A DNA stretch of 64,000 bases, from the NCBI RefSeq assembly GCF_902713615.1, contig NC_052162.1:110511811-110575810 (forward strand), in the 5' to 3' direction. This document shows positions 62,759 through 64,000 of the stretch, piece after piece (position 1 is the first letter of the stretch; each line of letters begins with the position of its first letter). A program made the position numbers and the translations under genes. The notes under the pieces were generated by a model. It saw only the letters and a list, made by a program, of their open reading frames with translations, was not told where the DNA came from and made no database searches. The DNA comes from Scyliorhinus canicula. Lineage: Eukaryota.

Positions 62759-64000
62759 TGGTGTTCAAACTCCCCAACATGGGTCTGCAACACCCTTTGG
62801 GACAAATCTGGTAGACGGGTAGTGGCAGGCACAGTCCAGGGACACCCCATGGAATTTCTTTGAGATACAGGAGGGTCCCGTACTACGATAAATTCCTCCA
62901 CAATGTTTCAGCAAGGCATATGGCCCACCACAGACACCATTACTCTCAGTGGTTTTACAGGGCACTTACAGCAGGGACACATCACAGCCCCTGTAGCCAT
63001 TCAGATAGGGAACATTAAAACTAAACACCCTGTAGTTCTGGTCGACCTACTACAGGCAGCCGAACACATTTTAGGTATTGATTTTATGAGCTCCCACAAT
63101 CTATCATTCGATCCGGTAAATAAATGTGTGTGGAAAATGGCAAAGGCCACACAAGCCCCCGCTACACTCACAGTTGGAGACTATGAAAATAGAATTAGCG
63201 CAGTAGGGGACTTCTGGTTCGACCCTCGAGCCATTAGTTGGAACAAAGAAGTTAGGGAAGACCTGCAGCGACACAAAGCAGCATTTGCACAGCACAAACA
63301 CGACTGTGGAAAGATCGCTGGCTTAGTAAATATTACAGGCCCTGACCCCAGACACCAAAAGCAGTACCGTTTTCCCCAAGAAGCGGAGCGAGAAATCTCA
63401 AAAGTTATACAGAGTCTGCTTGATCAAGGCGTACTGCGATCAGTAGCCTCCACAAATAATGCACCAAATTGGCCTGTGAGGAACCCGATGGATCGTGGCG
63501 ACTGACCATCGATTATCAGGAACTGAACAAAGTAACCCCAGTCGCAGCCCCTACCGTAGCCATGAGTCCTGAGACCAAGCTCAAACAGGGACTGCAGTCA
63601 AAGAAAATTTTGGTTTAGGACATTAGCAACAGCTTTTGGGCCATTCCATTCGATAAAGCGTGCCAATATAAATTCACTTTCACCTTCCAGGGCCAACAAT
63701 ACACGTGGACGTGCTTTCCACAACTCCCCCTCCATTTTCCACCGACAGCTGGGGAATGGATTAGCTAAATTTTCCCGACAATATGTCTGGTCCAATATGT
63801 AGATGACTTGCTACTACAGACAGGCACTAAGAAAAATCACATTTTGCTTCTTGATGAATTATTAGGACTCCTTCAACAAATTGGCTGCAAAGTGAACCCC
63901 AAAAAGGCCCAGATACTCCAGGAAAAAGTGATTTACTTAGGAACAGTGATCACACATGGAAAACACGAGATCGAGCAGAAACAAATTGACTCGATCGTCA
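62759..64000 (+). pseudogene. pol: ERV pro-pol (protease + RT), disrupted, runs off the right edge
   Basis: FL*DTGGSRT, ILGIDFM, KQYRFP, WRLTIDY.ELNKVTP, DISNSFWAIP, FQGQQYTWTC, YVDD at 63796-63807. Confidence 0.92.

Overview
Repeat-dense vertebrate genomic DNA, most likely a cartilaginous fish (shark). This is inferred from the HE1-type tRNA-derived SINEs, CR1 LINEs, shark-type L1 and the [13 protein letters not shown] zinc-finger start. The only recognisable host genes are three tandem minus-strand C2H2 zinc-finger genes with no KRAB/SCAN/BTB effector domain: ZNF-A (28299-29228, 11 fingers), ZNF-B (40063-39038, 11 fingers, disrupted) and ZNF-C (56144-57346, 12 fingers). Each has a CpG-rich promoter and a non-coding first exon. 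The rest is transposable elements: L1, CR1, Rex1/Babar, a young Penelope-like element (PLE), Gypsy remnants, solo LTRs, a Harbinger, a hAT MITE, about 20 SINEs and the 5' half of a defective endogenous retrovirus. The most unusual items are: (i) a 129-bp piece of an R2 retrotransposon held between two inverted hammerhead-bearing PLE termini (12463-12795); (ii) a 27 x 40-bp VNTR in the predicted 5' exon of ZNF-B in which almost every unit is a tiny uORF; (iii) a PLE with an open GIY-YIG frame inserted in sense into the ZNF-B CCAAT array; (iv) a foamy/loki-like ERV with a tRNA-Arg PBS; (v) a fully resolvable nest, Gmr1-type Gypsy > Harbinger > L1 + hAT MITE. All family assignments are from motif recognition, not database searches.
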